A stretch of DNA of 53,506 nucleotides, counting the filler, from Sphacelaria rigidula (taxonomy: Eukaryota), in the NCBI GenBank assembly GCA_964200075.2. It is 5 parts of 5 records of this genome, joined end to end, with 100 filler letters (N's around TTAATTAATTAA, not from the genome) between each part and the next. Parts side by side here need not be neighbours in the genome. Positions count along the whole stretch, not along the records: positions 32,165 to 42,785 come from CAXNAA020006183.1; positions 42,886 to 53,506 come from CAXNAA020006184.1; 3 more parts are not named here. One strand, written 5' to 3'. The notes under the pieces are model-generated. The model saw only the letters and a program-made list of their open reading frames with translations, had not been told where the DNA came from and made no database searches. Shown one piece after another: positions 35,082 to 47,450 of this stretch; the first letter of the stretch is position 1, and each line of letters opens with the position of its first letter. The translations under genes and the position numbers were made by a program.

Positions 35082-35735
35082 TGTTCGATGTTCAATCAGA
35101 TGAACGAGCTGTTCCTCATCACGAAGCACGGCCAGCAGAAGATCGTATACCCTGAAATTCCCTTGTGGGGAAAGTATAGGGTATACAACACGCCTAGAGA
35201 GGCTGTGGATTCGATACCTCAAGAAATTCTGCATCAGCAATGTATTCGCATGGTCTTGGTCGCATTCAACAGACAACTCAGGCGCCTCGTAGAACCCGGC
35301 AGGGAAGCCTGCCAGCCGGAAGCGGCCCTGTAGTTGGAGGTCTCAGACACATGCCCATTCTACCATTTGGAATGGGATACGGGCGGGGAGGGTGTTGTGA
35401 CGGGGATCAGGTCGAAAGTACCGCACAACGACCCCAGAGACTCGTACATTACCGCTGCGATAGGCGGCGCAGATGGTACGTAGCATGTTGTGATAGCCAG
35501 TGTGCAAGAGAGTCCAGAGAGGAAAAGGAGGCCCACCGCGAAGCAGCCTATCGCGGTCACTCTCGGGGATCTGGTCGTAGGTGGATCGGGATTCGAGCAA
35601 AGGTGGCTGAGGGCCAGACGCGACACGGGTCGAGAGGGGTTGGAGGACGAGGTAGCCCCCGATGATGACAATGATGACTATGATACTGGAAGTGATGGCG
35701 ATGGTGATGATGGTGGTGATGGCAATAGCAACTAG
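35082..35735 (+). pseudogene. Terminal-exon-like reading frame with two premature TAG stops and an acidic tail; product unknown
   Basis: It follows a pyrimidine-rich tract and gcag acceptor. ORFs 35088-35333 and 35490-35735 share a frame, and the sequence between them is open (CPFYHLEWDTGG). Confidence 0.5.
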
Positions 35736-37100
35736 TGATGACGCTCGAGTCTCGAGTTGTAGTGGCGCAGTTGGAGAGTGAAAGCAATAGGTTCACATAC
35801 AGGTCGGGATGCGGGCGCGAACGTACGGCTCAGGGCGGGGTCGAGATGCTGTCATGTAGCATGATGCGGTGTTGCGATGGTGTGTACGGCGGGACCGTAC
35901 GAAGCGATCTTTGGGGTGGATGCCAACGATTTTTCTTTCGACAGAGACATTGCCGTCTCATATATGCTCGAACCGCATTGGAAAGCTCGACGGGAATTTG
36001 CAGTACGGTTGAGTCGTGCAGTAAACTATTCACGTTGTGCATCGGCCGTCGATTCTTCAGGACAGTGGACGCCCAATCATCCGCTCGGCACATCACTGCG
36101 TTGGCAGTGATATCCCCCCACCACGTCACTGACAGCACATTACTGACCTTACTGACAGCAACTTGACGCCCGAGAGTTTTGTCTGGACACGAGCCTCGAG
36201 ATGAACAACAGTGAAAACATCCGTCGACAATCAAACAAACGTTGTTATGCTCCGTCGCCCGCAGCTAACCAGGGATGGGCGGCATGTGAAACCACGGACG
36301 CACTTCCTACTCCTCGTCAAAATTGCGCATCAGCAGTGTCGTGCGGTACTCCTGAGGGCTTTTCGTCATTCAACGGCTAGGGTCTTCAAACTTCATTTCA
36401 TTAATGAACCTCATTTGATAGAATCCCCTGCTAATTGTCCCGAATTGAAGTACTGACCAAAGTGCAGTACCATTTGATATACAAGTGGTTCACGCGGTCA
36501 ATAGGCTTGCGGACGGGGCGGTGACGTGCTGTTGCGTTTCGTCTGAACACTCGCCATATATGTATATATATTGCATTGTAGATATGACCTCTCACGGCGC
36601 GGTTATAGTGCTGCACATTCGTACTGCACTACTAACCCAGTGCTGCGCTGCACTGCGCGAAGATTATATCATACTGTATGGTGCCACGCAGCGCTTTGCT
36701 GTCTAATACAATTTACGTATACTGCTGTCTGCACTGCACTACAGATCTATGACACGGTCGTGTTATGACATGTATTGATTGCCTACCTGGACGATGACTC
36801 GCCATCTAAACCCCATTTCGGCTACCAGCGGACTGCATGATACTGTAATGAGTATCGCCACCTGCGCTGACATTTCTCCATACAAATACGGCACAGGTTT
36901 TTGTTTTTTTCTCAACCTCAAATGTTCTCAAAACAGGACTGGGCGGTTTGACGTTGCTGTTCGCTCTGCCCCACATGTATCCCTTCATGGCGTGCAGGTT
37001 TGTCAAATGCGCTGTTGCGGTGGTGAGGACCGTCGTTTTCGTTTTGTTTCTTTGTTTTTACATTTGATTCACCAACACACAAACAAACACTGTTTGATGT

Positions 37101-39600
37101 GTGCCTTCTACATTTTTTTCCCCTCGTCTGCATCTAAGTGAAAAAGGTGGTAGGCCGCATGCATGTGCGGAGCACGCTGAGCTACATGTCGATCAAAAAC
37201 TGTCGACAGCACTTTGCCACTCTATTCCTTATATTTTTGTACACGCCGCCTCAGTTCCCGAAGAACCGCGCACTCCCACGACGAGACGTTCACTTTTCAA
37301 CCTTCGTGTCTCTACGCTGTCGGTCTTGCGCAATTGCGCACGTATACAAGCCATATCTGATGTCAACCACCCTTCGATTTCATCTGAGCATGATGTCACC
37401 AAGGGCGGTGCGCTTCCTTTAGACAATGGTGGAACAACCGTACAGTCACCCATGCGTAGTGAGACGGTTGGAAACAACGAACCGGAACGTTTTGATATCG
37501 ATGAAACCGTTGTTGCAGGACACATTTCCAAGGACGTGGCTACCAATTTGGATGAGGACCGTACTCCTCCTTCCCATGCTCACCCCACCTCCTTCGGTGA
37601 ACATACCACTGTAGTCCAATTAGCCACTCGAAGCGGTGACGGTGTTCCCAATTTTCATTCTCAAATGGCATCTCTCCATGTGAGCCCTCATTCTGTCGGG
37701 ACCTTTCCTGACGATGATCTCCGCATCCGAACCGGTGCTGAACACTGTAGCTGCCCCACTCTGGCTGTTGACGACCAGCCCAAGTCGGAACTATCTCCGC
37801 CCACGCGCGACGAAGCATATTGCCAACTTAAGCAGCCTCACCCAGCCTACATTCCCCCTCGCCATTGGGACAACGTTTCGATGACTGAACAAACCGAGTG
37901 CTGGGACCAGATTGAAAACAACGGTCTAGCACAGATTTAACGTGCAATGAGGGACTCCGAATTTGCCCGCCTCGTCGCGGGTCAATGTGAGGGTTTTACA
38001 GGGGTGCAAGAGCCCGCGCAGGTCCCCCGTAAAATGGATATTCATTGCGAGAACAAACCAACGGACCAAAACAACCAAGAGCGCGCGATACGCGAATCGA
38101 CGAACGCTCTGGAAATTGCGAAGCAAGAATGTTTACTGACCGCGCAAAGACACTTGGACACTTCGCACCCATTTTCACAAATCTGTCAAACCTGGCAATC
38201 ACAACTGCGTTCGTATGGTCGCCTACACCGCCCCGGATGCGACGTCCGATTCGACGGTACCGATGATCGCTGACGTTGTCCAACGCCTGACTCACCTGAC
38301 CTAACATACTTTCAACCACATGCACCGGCCCAACCACAAAACGGTAGACGTTTGCACATGAGTGGGCCTGGTGGTGCGGCCGAAACCCGCCAGGACGGTA
38401 CCCACACGACACTGATGTTCACCTCTCAACTTGACAACTTTTCGGGAACGTTCTACAAGTCCCGGATATTCCAAATAGCATACAGTGGGGTAACCCAGAC
38501 CGCGTTGCTTAGCCCAAAACCTAAGCGCCGCCACCTGCCTATTCATTTCCTACGTCTGATGACCGTTTATTTTTCAGTAGTTGGTACAACCCCACAATCA
38601 GAAATACACGATCACTGGTATCTCACCGCAGGAGTACCCAACAATTATATTTCCAACCATTTTCTTTCGCTCGGCAAGGTCACATATGTCACATGTAAAT
38701 CAGTGGCGGCAACCGTAGGTTTAACCATGTGGTGTGGGTCCCCTGGGTATACTGAAACTGTCTTGAAGGGTTCCAAGACAGTTGAAGCCCGTGCACCATT
38801 GCATGACTATCAATTGAGTAGTGACCAACCCCAACGCTTGAATCCTGGAATTGGTCACCCAGATTTACATCCACCAAGTACTAATTATATTCAATCGAAC
38901 CCCTTCTCTTCGGGGGAGAGGACGTCATGTAGTGCAGTTTCTGACGCACCCGGAGCGGACATATATTCTGGTACGGTAGGCGCTGCCCCTTCGACCGTTC
39001 ATCAGAGGATACCATATTCAAAGCCACACACTCAAGCACCCCCCAGCTGCTCGAGTGCCCGGCTAACCACCCTACCTAGTTTCGCAAAAACTGTCGTACC
39101 GGGTTCCCTCTTATTTGATGAGCGTAATTACATCTTGAAGGATCGCAACTGCAAAAACCCCATGCTTTCCGTCGCTCAGCGGGTTGGAATGGAATCCCAG
39201 GCGACAGCGAATCACGTGGTGCGCCAAGAGCGTGACCTAGGTCCGACTGTCCGAGAACTAATTTCAATAGCCCCTGGAGCCGCCGACCCTTTCGTGCGGT
39301 ATACGCGTCACCCTAGGCGGGCTTCTCTACATGATCATGTAGATTACCCTGAAGTAGCAAGCGCACGTGAACTTCAAGGAAGAGATTGTGTATGGGCTCA
39401 AACAGATGAAAACCTTTGAGTGGAACAGGCCGGTACTCCCCAGATTTCGAACAAACCGTTAGTGCTCCCTGACCAACCCTCGTACACTGCGTTAGAACCC
39501 ATTTCCGATAAAGCGCCGCCGTCTTGAGGGACAGAGACTTCGCCCAATCATGGACGTTTGCTTCCTTGTCATGAAGATACCCCAATCGTCTGTTCATCAC
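37101..39600 (+). pseudogene. Broken gag-like region of element 1
   Basis: Long plus-strand ORFs (37101-37940, 37947-38273, 38352-39419) lie upstream of pol, separated by stops. No gag motif was recognised; the call is by position. Confidence 0.5.
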
Positions 39601-40221
39601 CGGTTAGACAAAGTGTTACGCAAGACGACTCGTCTCCTAACACGCCCATGTTGTTCCGTATTATAAGCGCCGGGTTGAGTAGCACAGCTTTATCAACCAC
39701 GCGTCCTAACGAATCGTCTCCAAAACCGCCCAAGTTGGCCCTAACCATTGACGTTATTGAGTTGACTGGCGTATCGAATTCAACACCGTGCCCCAATGAA
39801 TCGTCCCCCGTTCTGACCAAACTGGATAGTGTAATTGATCCCGATTTGCAGAATGACGATCCGCCCCGTCTGTTGGCGAACACGGGCGAAGCACCACTCA
39901 CAAACCATTTGTCGGGTCCGAGCACGACAACCCTCCCCGGCATCGCCCCTTCGTTGCAGTACATGAGATGCAACCCTCGACTGATGAGACAAATATTTCA
40001 GGCACAAACACTGACACTCCATGCACGCACCATCCTTCCGAGCACAAGCTTGTCCCGCAGGATAATCAACGTGTGTATTTTAGCACCTACGTTCAAAAGG
40101 CACAGCAGGATGTGTCAGATGTCTTACCCGAATTCGGGCCCGATCTCGTCAGTGGTACTGCAACTATGGATGATGCCTCTTTCACAACCAAGGTAGGTTT
40201 ACATAGTGGAGCGCGTGCAAA

Positions 40222-40296
40222 CTGTCATTTGATTACTCTTGCCCTACCAGATTCAGGTTCGCGTCAAACGTTCATTACAGCCAGTGCTTTCCGTCT
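40222..40296 (+). pseudogene. Retroviral-type aspartic protease fragment
   Basis: ITLALPDSGSRQTFI contains the D-S-G active-site motif just upstream of RT. The rest of the domain appears to be deleted. Confidence 0.7.
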
Positions 40297-40929
40297 GTAC
40301 TATTTTGGTGAACCTGTAGTCCCGCTTTCTCGTGAACCCCAACTTATCCATGTGAACTTCGTGAGACGCAATGGATCGCCCGCCCTCACAGGACAATATT
40401 TGGTCGAATTGCTTGAACCTGACCAATCACAGGTTGGTCCGTTTGAATAGACCGAAGTATTTGTTCATGAAGGTTGGCAGGCTATTTAACTCACGTCCCC
40501 TGCATGTTTCGGTATACTCAACGGACAGCTGTTGGGCTATGCTCAAGCGCCTTTTCTACGACTGCCCTGTCAGATGCGTGCCCCCCTGCGGAGACCAACT
40601 TGTCAACCGACTCCCTGGAAACTACGCCCTCCCCCCCTCCCGCTGCACATGCCTGACCCCACGGTGGTGCCGAATCCACCAGATGCGCCTAAACCTAAAC
40701 CCCCAACTGCATTACTGAACGGATTTTTCCCAGAAGAACGCACCAGTTTTCAGAAGTTGTGGGATGACATCCCCCCTCATTTGCGGCATATTGTTTTTGA
40801 TCTATCCGGCGATGTTTGGACACTCACTGTAATCGATTATTTGAGATGCATCTTGATGCGATATTCTGAACGGTTTTCTATTGCACCCTAGGATTTAGGT
40901 CGATGTACCACGACACCGTTCAAACATTA

Positions 40930-41760
40930 TCCCTGATGGTACTCCACCTATCGCTATGCGTCCGTACCGCACGAACCCCTTCTTAGCGGATAATATCCAA
41001 GTAATTCTCGATGGTTACTTATCCGCCGGTTTAATTCGGCACTTGACGTCTCCGTGGGCCTCGCCCTTAGTAGTCGTCCGCAAGAAGAATGGCAAAATCA
41101 GACTGGCGATCAATTATCAACGATTGAACGCTTTCACTAAAATCGCCCGGCTGCCTCTTCCACGGATTGGTGAAATTATTGACTCTCTTGGCGGGGGTAA
41201 GGTATTTTCGCACTTTGACATGCAGTCCGGCTACCATCAACTCGTGATGGATCCGAATTCCATTAAACTGACGGCGTTTTGCACGCCATGAGGTTTGTAC
41301 GAATGGCTGATTACACCACAAGGTGCTGCCGGAGCCCCAGGTGCGTTTCAACGTGTAATGTTCCGTGTGACTCATAGATTGCCCAAATACCATATGCACC
41401 TTCATGATGCGGTGTGCCACGACTGCACACCGGCCGAACACGTCGATCATTTGGCATCGTTCTTTGGTCGGTTTGAACAACACAACTTGAAACTCGCCCC
41501 CTCTTAAATCCCCCCCCTCTCCAAATCCCGCATTGGCGCCACGAAGATTGAGTTCTTCGGTAATTGCATCACCCCCGAAGGTCGTAGCCCAAACCTCAAC
41601 AAGGTCGCCGCACTCGCCGATATGCCCATGCCACGGGACATTTCTCAACTGCGTTCCTTGCTGGGAGGTCTAAGCTACTACAGACAGTACTTGCCAAACC
41701 TTGCCCAAACGCTGAAACCCCTCACCACCCTCCTCAAAGAAGGGGTGAAAGTTGTGTTCA
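40930..41760 (+). pseudogene. Gypsy reverse transcriptase, inactivated
   Basis: Motifs RPYRTNP, SPWASPLVVVRKKNGKIRLAINYQRLN, FSHFDMQSGYHQL, LYEWLITPQG and SQLRSLLGGLSYYRQY are present. The YxDD motif has decayed to MHLHDA and there are in-frame stops at 41289 and 41505. Confidence 0.95.
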
Positions 41761-41767
41761 CATTGGA

Positions 41768-42230
41768 ATGGAAAAAACCATCTGCCGTCTTCTTGACACC
41801 TTTTCGAGTCCGCCGATTCTCGTCTTCCCCGACTGGTCGGCCGCGGAACATGGTTCCCGCCCTTTCCGTCTCGACACAGATTCTTCCAAAATTGGGTTTG
41901 GCTGTACATTAGAACAGGAGCAAGACGATGCTACAGTTCGTCTCATTGTATACCTGAGTCGCACCACTTTTCCAAATGAACAGAATCGGTCTGTCATGGA
42001 ACAAGAGGCCGGCGCAGCTGTTTGGGGCGTGCGACGTCTGCGTCAGTATTTGTATGACATCTCGTTTGTGATTCATACGGGTCATAAGTCTTTGGAAAGC
42101 CTCGCCAGAATGGCGGAATACAACGCTAGGATACAACGCTGGTTCGAACTCCTGTCGTCTTACAACTTACCGTTGAATTATCGCACAGGCCCGCGAAATG
42201 CAAACGCCGACTTCCTGTCACGCTTGCCCA
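41768..42230 (+). pseudogene. Gypsy RNase H
   Basis: Motifs PILVFPDW, FRLDTDSSKIGFGCTLEQ, EQEAGAAVWGVRRLRQYL, RIQRWFELLSSY and NANADFLSRLP are present. Confidence 0.93.
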
Positions 42231-42653
42231 CACCGGCTCAACCTATCGATGAATCCCCCATGGGACGTATCACCGATCCCATCGAAGACAATGTGTATTT
42301 CATAAGCAGGAGTGGACATAGAGGTCTCTACACACCACTTTTACTGAGAAAAACGCCGGCTTTAGGCATGGATGGGCTGACGACCACAGCCCATGCATCA
42401 GTGCTGGGCAGCTTGCAACCTCAATTGTTGTACGCAGTTTGGAATGAACTGTCTACGAATACTGTTGGCTATGATCATTTTTGTGCAACTGATCAACGCA
42501 TGGTTTTCGCAGCAGGTGTAGAATCGTCCTTTGCTGACTCCATCTCACCAGTTCAAGCTCGAGATTTGATCTCGAGTAGAACTCGTGGACGGCGGACCGC
42601 CGACACCGCCACCAAATTAGCCGTATCTGGTCCTGACCTTCCCCTCCCTGCCC

Positions 42654-42785
42654 TGCTCCGTCTCGAAAGGGATACGTAGTCAACGGTCAAATGACTAAGG
42701 CAAGCAACAAATGAGTACGCCCCCCCCCCACCCCCCCCACCCCCCACCGGCCCCGCCAACCCCCCACCCCCCGCCGCCCCCCCAC
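42654..42785. mobile_element. Short repeat inserted into gypsy pol, running into the gap
   Basis: tgctccgtctcgaaa..gtcaa.ggtcaaa.gac.aagg.aagcaacaaa.gagt.cgccccc matches 34658-34730. Confidence 0.7.
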
Positions 42786-43429
42786 NNNNNNNNNNNNNNN
42801 NNNNNNNNNNNNNNNNNNNNNNNNNNNNNTTAATTAATTAANNNNNNNNNNNNNNNNNNNNNNNNNNNNNNNNNNNNNNNNNNNNGCGTATACACTTTGA
42901 GGGCACGGAAGACGGGCAACCCCTGAAATAGTTTAAAGAAGGTCGTGGGGCATGAGGTCGTCCATGTGAAATTCATTGGTTATGACTTCAGGCCAGGGAA
43001 AGCACTCTTTTCGAGTTGAAACTCATGAAAATGTTGAACCTCAATAACGAATCCAGGCTGTTTAGTCCTGCATGGGCTGCCTGCGCTGCACGTTGCTCAC
43101 TTCTCTTTAATATCCTCCTGTGTGAAACACGCACACAAGTGCTCAAGATACTGCTTGCAAGCAGTGCAGACAATACAGACTGTACTGCATGTCGCGCAGC
43201 CATCCGGTATTTACAATTCGACTGTCCAGTCCCTTTTCCATCCGCCCTTGTGACCCCGGCTGGCACACTACCACCACCAGTTGTTTCTGACGTATACGAG
43301 CTCGTGCGTAAAGGCACCCTTTTTACTGCGAATGAAGGTGTACAACTACTCGTGCGTCGCCCCATACCTTTGACAGGCGCAATTGTCGCCTCAACCACGG
43401 GACGCCACGCACGACTGCTCGATGACGAA

Positions 43430-44470
43430 CCAACGCGAATATATGTGCCATTATTAATGCACCCCTGGGTCATGAAAGGCTGCCATACAGACTGGCGCCA
43501 CTCGCACCCTCGCGCTCTTGGAACGCTTCTACTGGTGGGTTGGCATGAAAGTTTCCACCCGATTCTGGATTCAGCGATGCTTCAAATGCCGAGCTCGAAA
43601 CACTTCACGGCAGACAGTACGCTGGTCCGTCATCTCTACGGGACTCCCCAACGAGCCAGACCACCTTGTGTCCTTTGACTACTTTGGCCCTCTACTAACC
43701 ACAGGTCGCGGCAACACCTACATCTTACTCTTTACTGACCACTTCAGCCGCCACGCGTCCATGTACGCGGTAACCGCCGCAGATTTCACTGCCGCCGGAA
43801 CGGCCGACATATTGGTCCACGACTATATCAAGCACTACGGTTGCCCGAAGCGACTCCTTTCAGACAATGGTCAGCAATTTTGCTCAGGTCTCTCTCATGA
43901 GCTTCACAAACTCCTGGGCATCCGCAAGGTTGCCACGAGCGCTTACAACCCGAACGGCAACGGTGGTACCGAAAGAGTTAATCACACCATGGCCCAGGTG
44001 CTCTCTATGGTTGTCAATGACCGCCGAAATGACTGGGACCTACATCTTTCGCACAACATGTTGTCCTACAACAACTCGATCAGCGCCGCCACAGGGCTTT
44101 CTCCAAACGAACTCCATCGTGGACGTTACCCTCGGCTGCCCATCATCGTGTTTGAACGACACAAGCTCGGTGGCCACCACGGATTTTATCAGGATCAGAT
44201 ATCCTACCACGAGCTAGCGCATTCACGACAACGCAGAACGTTTACCCTCGTGCGCGACCAACACGCTATCAACGCCTCACGCCTAGAGAGATCTAACACT
44301 TCTCTCTACAACCTCTTCCACAAACGCCCCATCTAGGAAGTTGGTGATTAGGTTTGCATTTACAAAAGTCTGTCGAGCATCCGCCAAGGCACCAGCAAGG
44401 CAGCCAACGGAACAACTTTGAAGACAATTTTTTCCTCAAAGGGACAGGCCCATTCAAGATCCTGGCAGTC
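43430..44470 (+). pseudogene. Gypsy integrase (zinc-binding remnant, DDE core, GPF motif)
   Basis: ERFYWWVGM..CFKC, VSFDYFGPL, RLLSDNGQQF and NGGTERVNHTM are present, with a downstream GPFKIL motif after a frameshift or stop. Confidence 0.95.
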
Positions 44471-44721
44471 GGACAATCGCCATCATCACCGGATGATAAA
44501 CCTGTTGGTGACAAACTGCTCTGTCTCGACCTACCTTGCGACTTCCAGGGTAAGGCGACCAACCCTCGCGTCTCCGTGCACAGATGCAAACCCTGCACGA
44601 TACAAGCGACATGCCGAAGTACCTGCCTGCCGGACTCACACAGTATTTTCTCAACAGCTACTCGACCAAGTCCCCGCCCTACCATGTTACCGCCGACGAC
44701 GTGACCGGACGGCCCCTCCGA

Positions 44722-44877
44722 TTGACCGTGTCCACCATATCGGGCCACCAGATAACCCGTGGTCGAGGTGGAAAATTTGCTGTCATGTACAAGACACACT
44801 GGCACTGTCTTCGGAGAGCGTCCTGGGAACACGAATCGACCTTCAACTGCACCGCCGTGCAATCCTCCTGTACTGGA
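44722..44877 (+). pseudogene. Chromodomain-like module in the integrase C-terminal extension
   Basis: LTVSTISGHQITRGRGGKFAVMYKTHWHCLRRASWEHE continues after a frameshift as DLQLHRRAILLYW. This matches the V..I..H / Y..xW / sWE.E..L chromodomain pattern. Confidence 0.65.
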
Positions 44878-45020
44878 CACATCGCAATATGTGTCGTGGG
44901 GCAGCAGCCCGCGAACTTCACTGCAATCAGGGACTACGCTACGTCGCCGATGGTTATGAACTTGTACCCACCAAGACTTGTAAGACAAAGTTCTTCGCAA
45001 ACCAGCGAATACTGCCAAAG

Positions 45021-45160
45021 GGCAGCTACCTTTGATTCAAAGGCAGCGACAGCTTGTGGTGGTTAGGTCAGACCCACTCCGCTAATCTGGTTTCGGTCGA
45101 CACATACATCGTGCGCTTCATCGATGACCCTGGACCCATAGAGCTTAAGCTCCGGCTGGC
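45021..45160 (+). pseudogene. PWWP/Tudor-like module at the end of pol
   Basis: One frame reads GSYL*FKGSDSLWWLGQTHSANLVSVDTYIVRFIDDPGPIELKL, with TGA at 45033-45035 where W is expected. It resembles the PWWP pattern G.lVWaK....pWWPa.i ... Y.V.Ff.D. Confidence 0.45.
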
Positions 45161-45900
45161 ACTACACACCACCAGCCAATCTGCACCACGCGGATCCTGG
45201 TGCCTCCAGTGCCTCAAGTCCAAAGAACTTCGCCGCGGTCTCCAGCGCAACATCGACCACACCCACGACATCCACGCACCGCTTTGAACCACGATCCTTC
45301 GTTGCAACGTTTCCCCCCTTCTATGGCACTGTTGCCCTCCATTCTTCACTAGGACCCTACTCTACGACATCCACAACAGCGCAACCTACATCGGACGACG
45401 ATCGAAGAACCACTGCAGCCACCCTCACCCACGAGTTCTGGAGCTTCCGTATCCCCTGCCGGCTGGCGCTCGATCCCGCCGAATCACCGATTTTCAACCT
45501 TTGCTTCCGACCAACATGCCTTGGTCGCATACTGATCTTACCGGTTGGTTTCTCTTTGGATTACCCCAGATTGAAGCTCTGCTCCCTGCTGTACCTCGCT
45601 GTTTCCCCTCTTCGTTTTGCTTGGACGCCGAAGCAATTTGTGCTTCTCCATTGATCTCTAGCACGCAGGAGCAGTTTGTGCTTCCGTGGTTCGAAGCAGT
45701 TTTTTCTGTTCCTCGAAGCAGTATATGCTTCCCTTCTTTTAAGGTGTGGGAATGGGTACGAGAGTGTTGGGTACGGCAGTGTTTCCTGAGGTATGCTTTA
45801 TGAGCCGCTCATGACTTTACGAGTCAAGAGGAACCCTAGTTTTTGCTGCTTTGAGGATTAATCCTTGCAGCTGTAATGAAGGTTCGTGTTGGTGGGTTAT

Positions 45901-46249
45901 TGTCATGAGGACGCATATTAGCCTGTTGTCATGCCGCCTCAGACCGGTTGATGAGTCCGCCTATTGCATTCCTGGTATTCGAACACGTTCGACTGCAGGT
46001 CGGTTCATAGTTGGTCGGGTTTGAGTGTGAACTTGTATATAACAAGGATAGAACAGAAAAACGCTTGCATGTACGGTACGCGTCCAAGCATCACCATTTA
46101 CTGCCCCTCTCCCAGCAAAGAAGTCTGACACCGGTGAGACTGGATGACTGAGCGTGAGATTGGATTGATTGATGGGATACTGGAAGGTTGGGACCAAGCA
46201 ACAAAGAAGAGATACTGCCTGCGCGTGAAATATTGGTATCTGTCGGACA
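45901..46249 (+). repeat. 3' LTR of element 1 (349 bp)
   Basis: It has TGTC...GACA termini, is preceded by G-rich ggtgggttat, and aligns end to end with 49013-49362. Confidence 0.85.
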
Positions 46250-46574
46250 AGTGTATGTGAGGTGGTGTCTGTTAACTAGCCTGGCCGCTCAGTTCGCGGA
46301 CTGGCACCTTGCCTTGCCTATTGAGCCTATGCTTACCGTAACAGCACCGTTACCCCATTACATGAATACAATGGCTCCCATTTTTTCAGAGTCGAGTCAG
46401 CAGCCGGTCGTACTGTGTTCTGTACTGCATTAGGGATAGCTTCTGCATGGCGTTGAGGCTCGCGTTGTGATGTTGTTTTCGGCTCCACTCGTCAGGGCTA
46501 TGCGACCGTCAGGGGTATTGCCGCCATGAACATTGAATTGGCATCAAATTTGTTCTGACACTTGAGATGAGATC

Positions 46575-47450
46575 GATCATGAAACCGCTCTCCATCGAAA
46601 TAGGATTCCTGTCGACGCAGGGCTTGAACACCTCGAGCGCGTTTTAATGTGTGAGTCGTTCTCTCGACCACAGTACCTTCCTCTCGAGGCAGGGCTTGAA
46701 CACCTCGAGCGTGTTTGAATGTGTGAGTCATTGGTCGTGCTATCTCTGTCGGGGCACGGTTCCAACTTTGTTTTTTTATCGCTCCAGTTTATGAACCGGC
46801 ATGGAGTTTTGATTTGGCCGCACCCACTTTTTTCCTGCTGGAATTATAATCGAATTGGCATCATTTTGACTATGTCAATCATGCAACCGCTCTCCTTCGA
46901 ACCGAATCGGCTCGAATCGGATCCTACTTATTTGACCTTCACGAGACACAAGATCAGCCATGCAACCGCTCTCCATCGAACTCAGCGTTCCTGTCGACGC
47001 AGGTCTTGAGCACTCCGTGCGTGTTTTGATGTGTAGGTCGATTATCGTGCTCTCTCGACACAGCTGTCGGGGCACGGGTCCAACTACCTTTGCTTCATCG
47101 TTCCAGGTTTTGAACCGTCAAGAAGTTTTGATGTGGTGGCACGCACTCCCTTTTTTGTTGAAATCATGATAGAGCTGGCACTATCTTCATTTGTTCCGGT
47201 TCCTACGAGTCGTTCACGAGTTGGCGTTTTGTTTTTCAAACACTGATTTCCCTCAGCAATGTCCCAAGCTGAAGGACATGATGCCCTTGGTCTGCTCATT
47301 CGGGCCTTTTCTTCCCCATCGATGATTTACTGAAAAAGCTCACACCACTCAGCATTCCTGTCGACGCAGGGCTCAAGCACCTCGAGCGTGTGTTGATGTG
47401 TGAGTCGATGATCGTGCTATCTTGACACAGCTGTCGGGGCACGATTCCAC
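46575..47450. repeat. Degenerate direct-repeat array (4 copies of a 70-110-bp core)
   Basis: The core cctgtcgacgcagggcttgaacacctcgagcg.gt.tt.atgtgtgagtc occurs at ~46607, 46680, 46990 and 47357. Confidence 0.8.

Larger units (their letters stand above)
37101..46249 (+). mobile_element. Degenerate Ty3/gypsy LTR retrotransposon (element 1); 3' LTR present, 5' LTR not found
   Basis: Domains occur in gypsy order PR-RT-RH-INT across frameshifts and stops, followed by a TG..CA LTR at 45901-46249. The left boundary is approximate. Confidence 0.93.
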
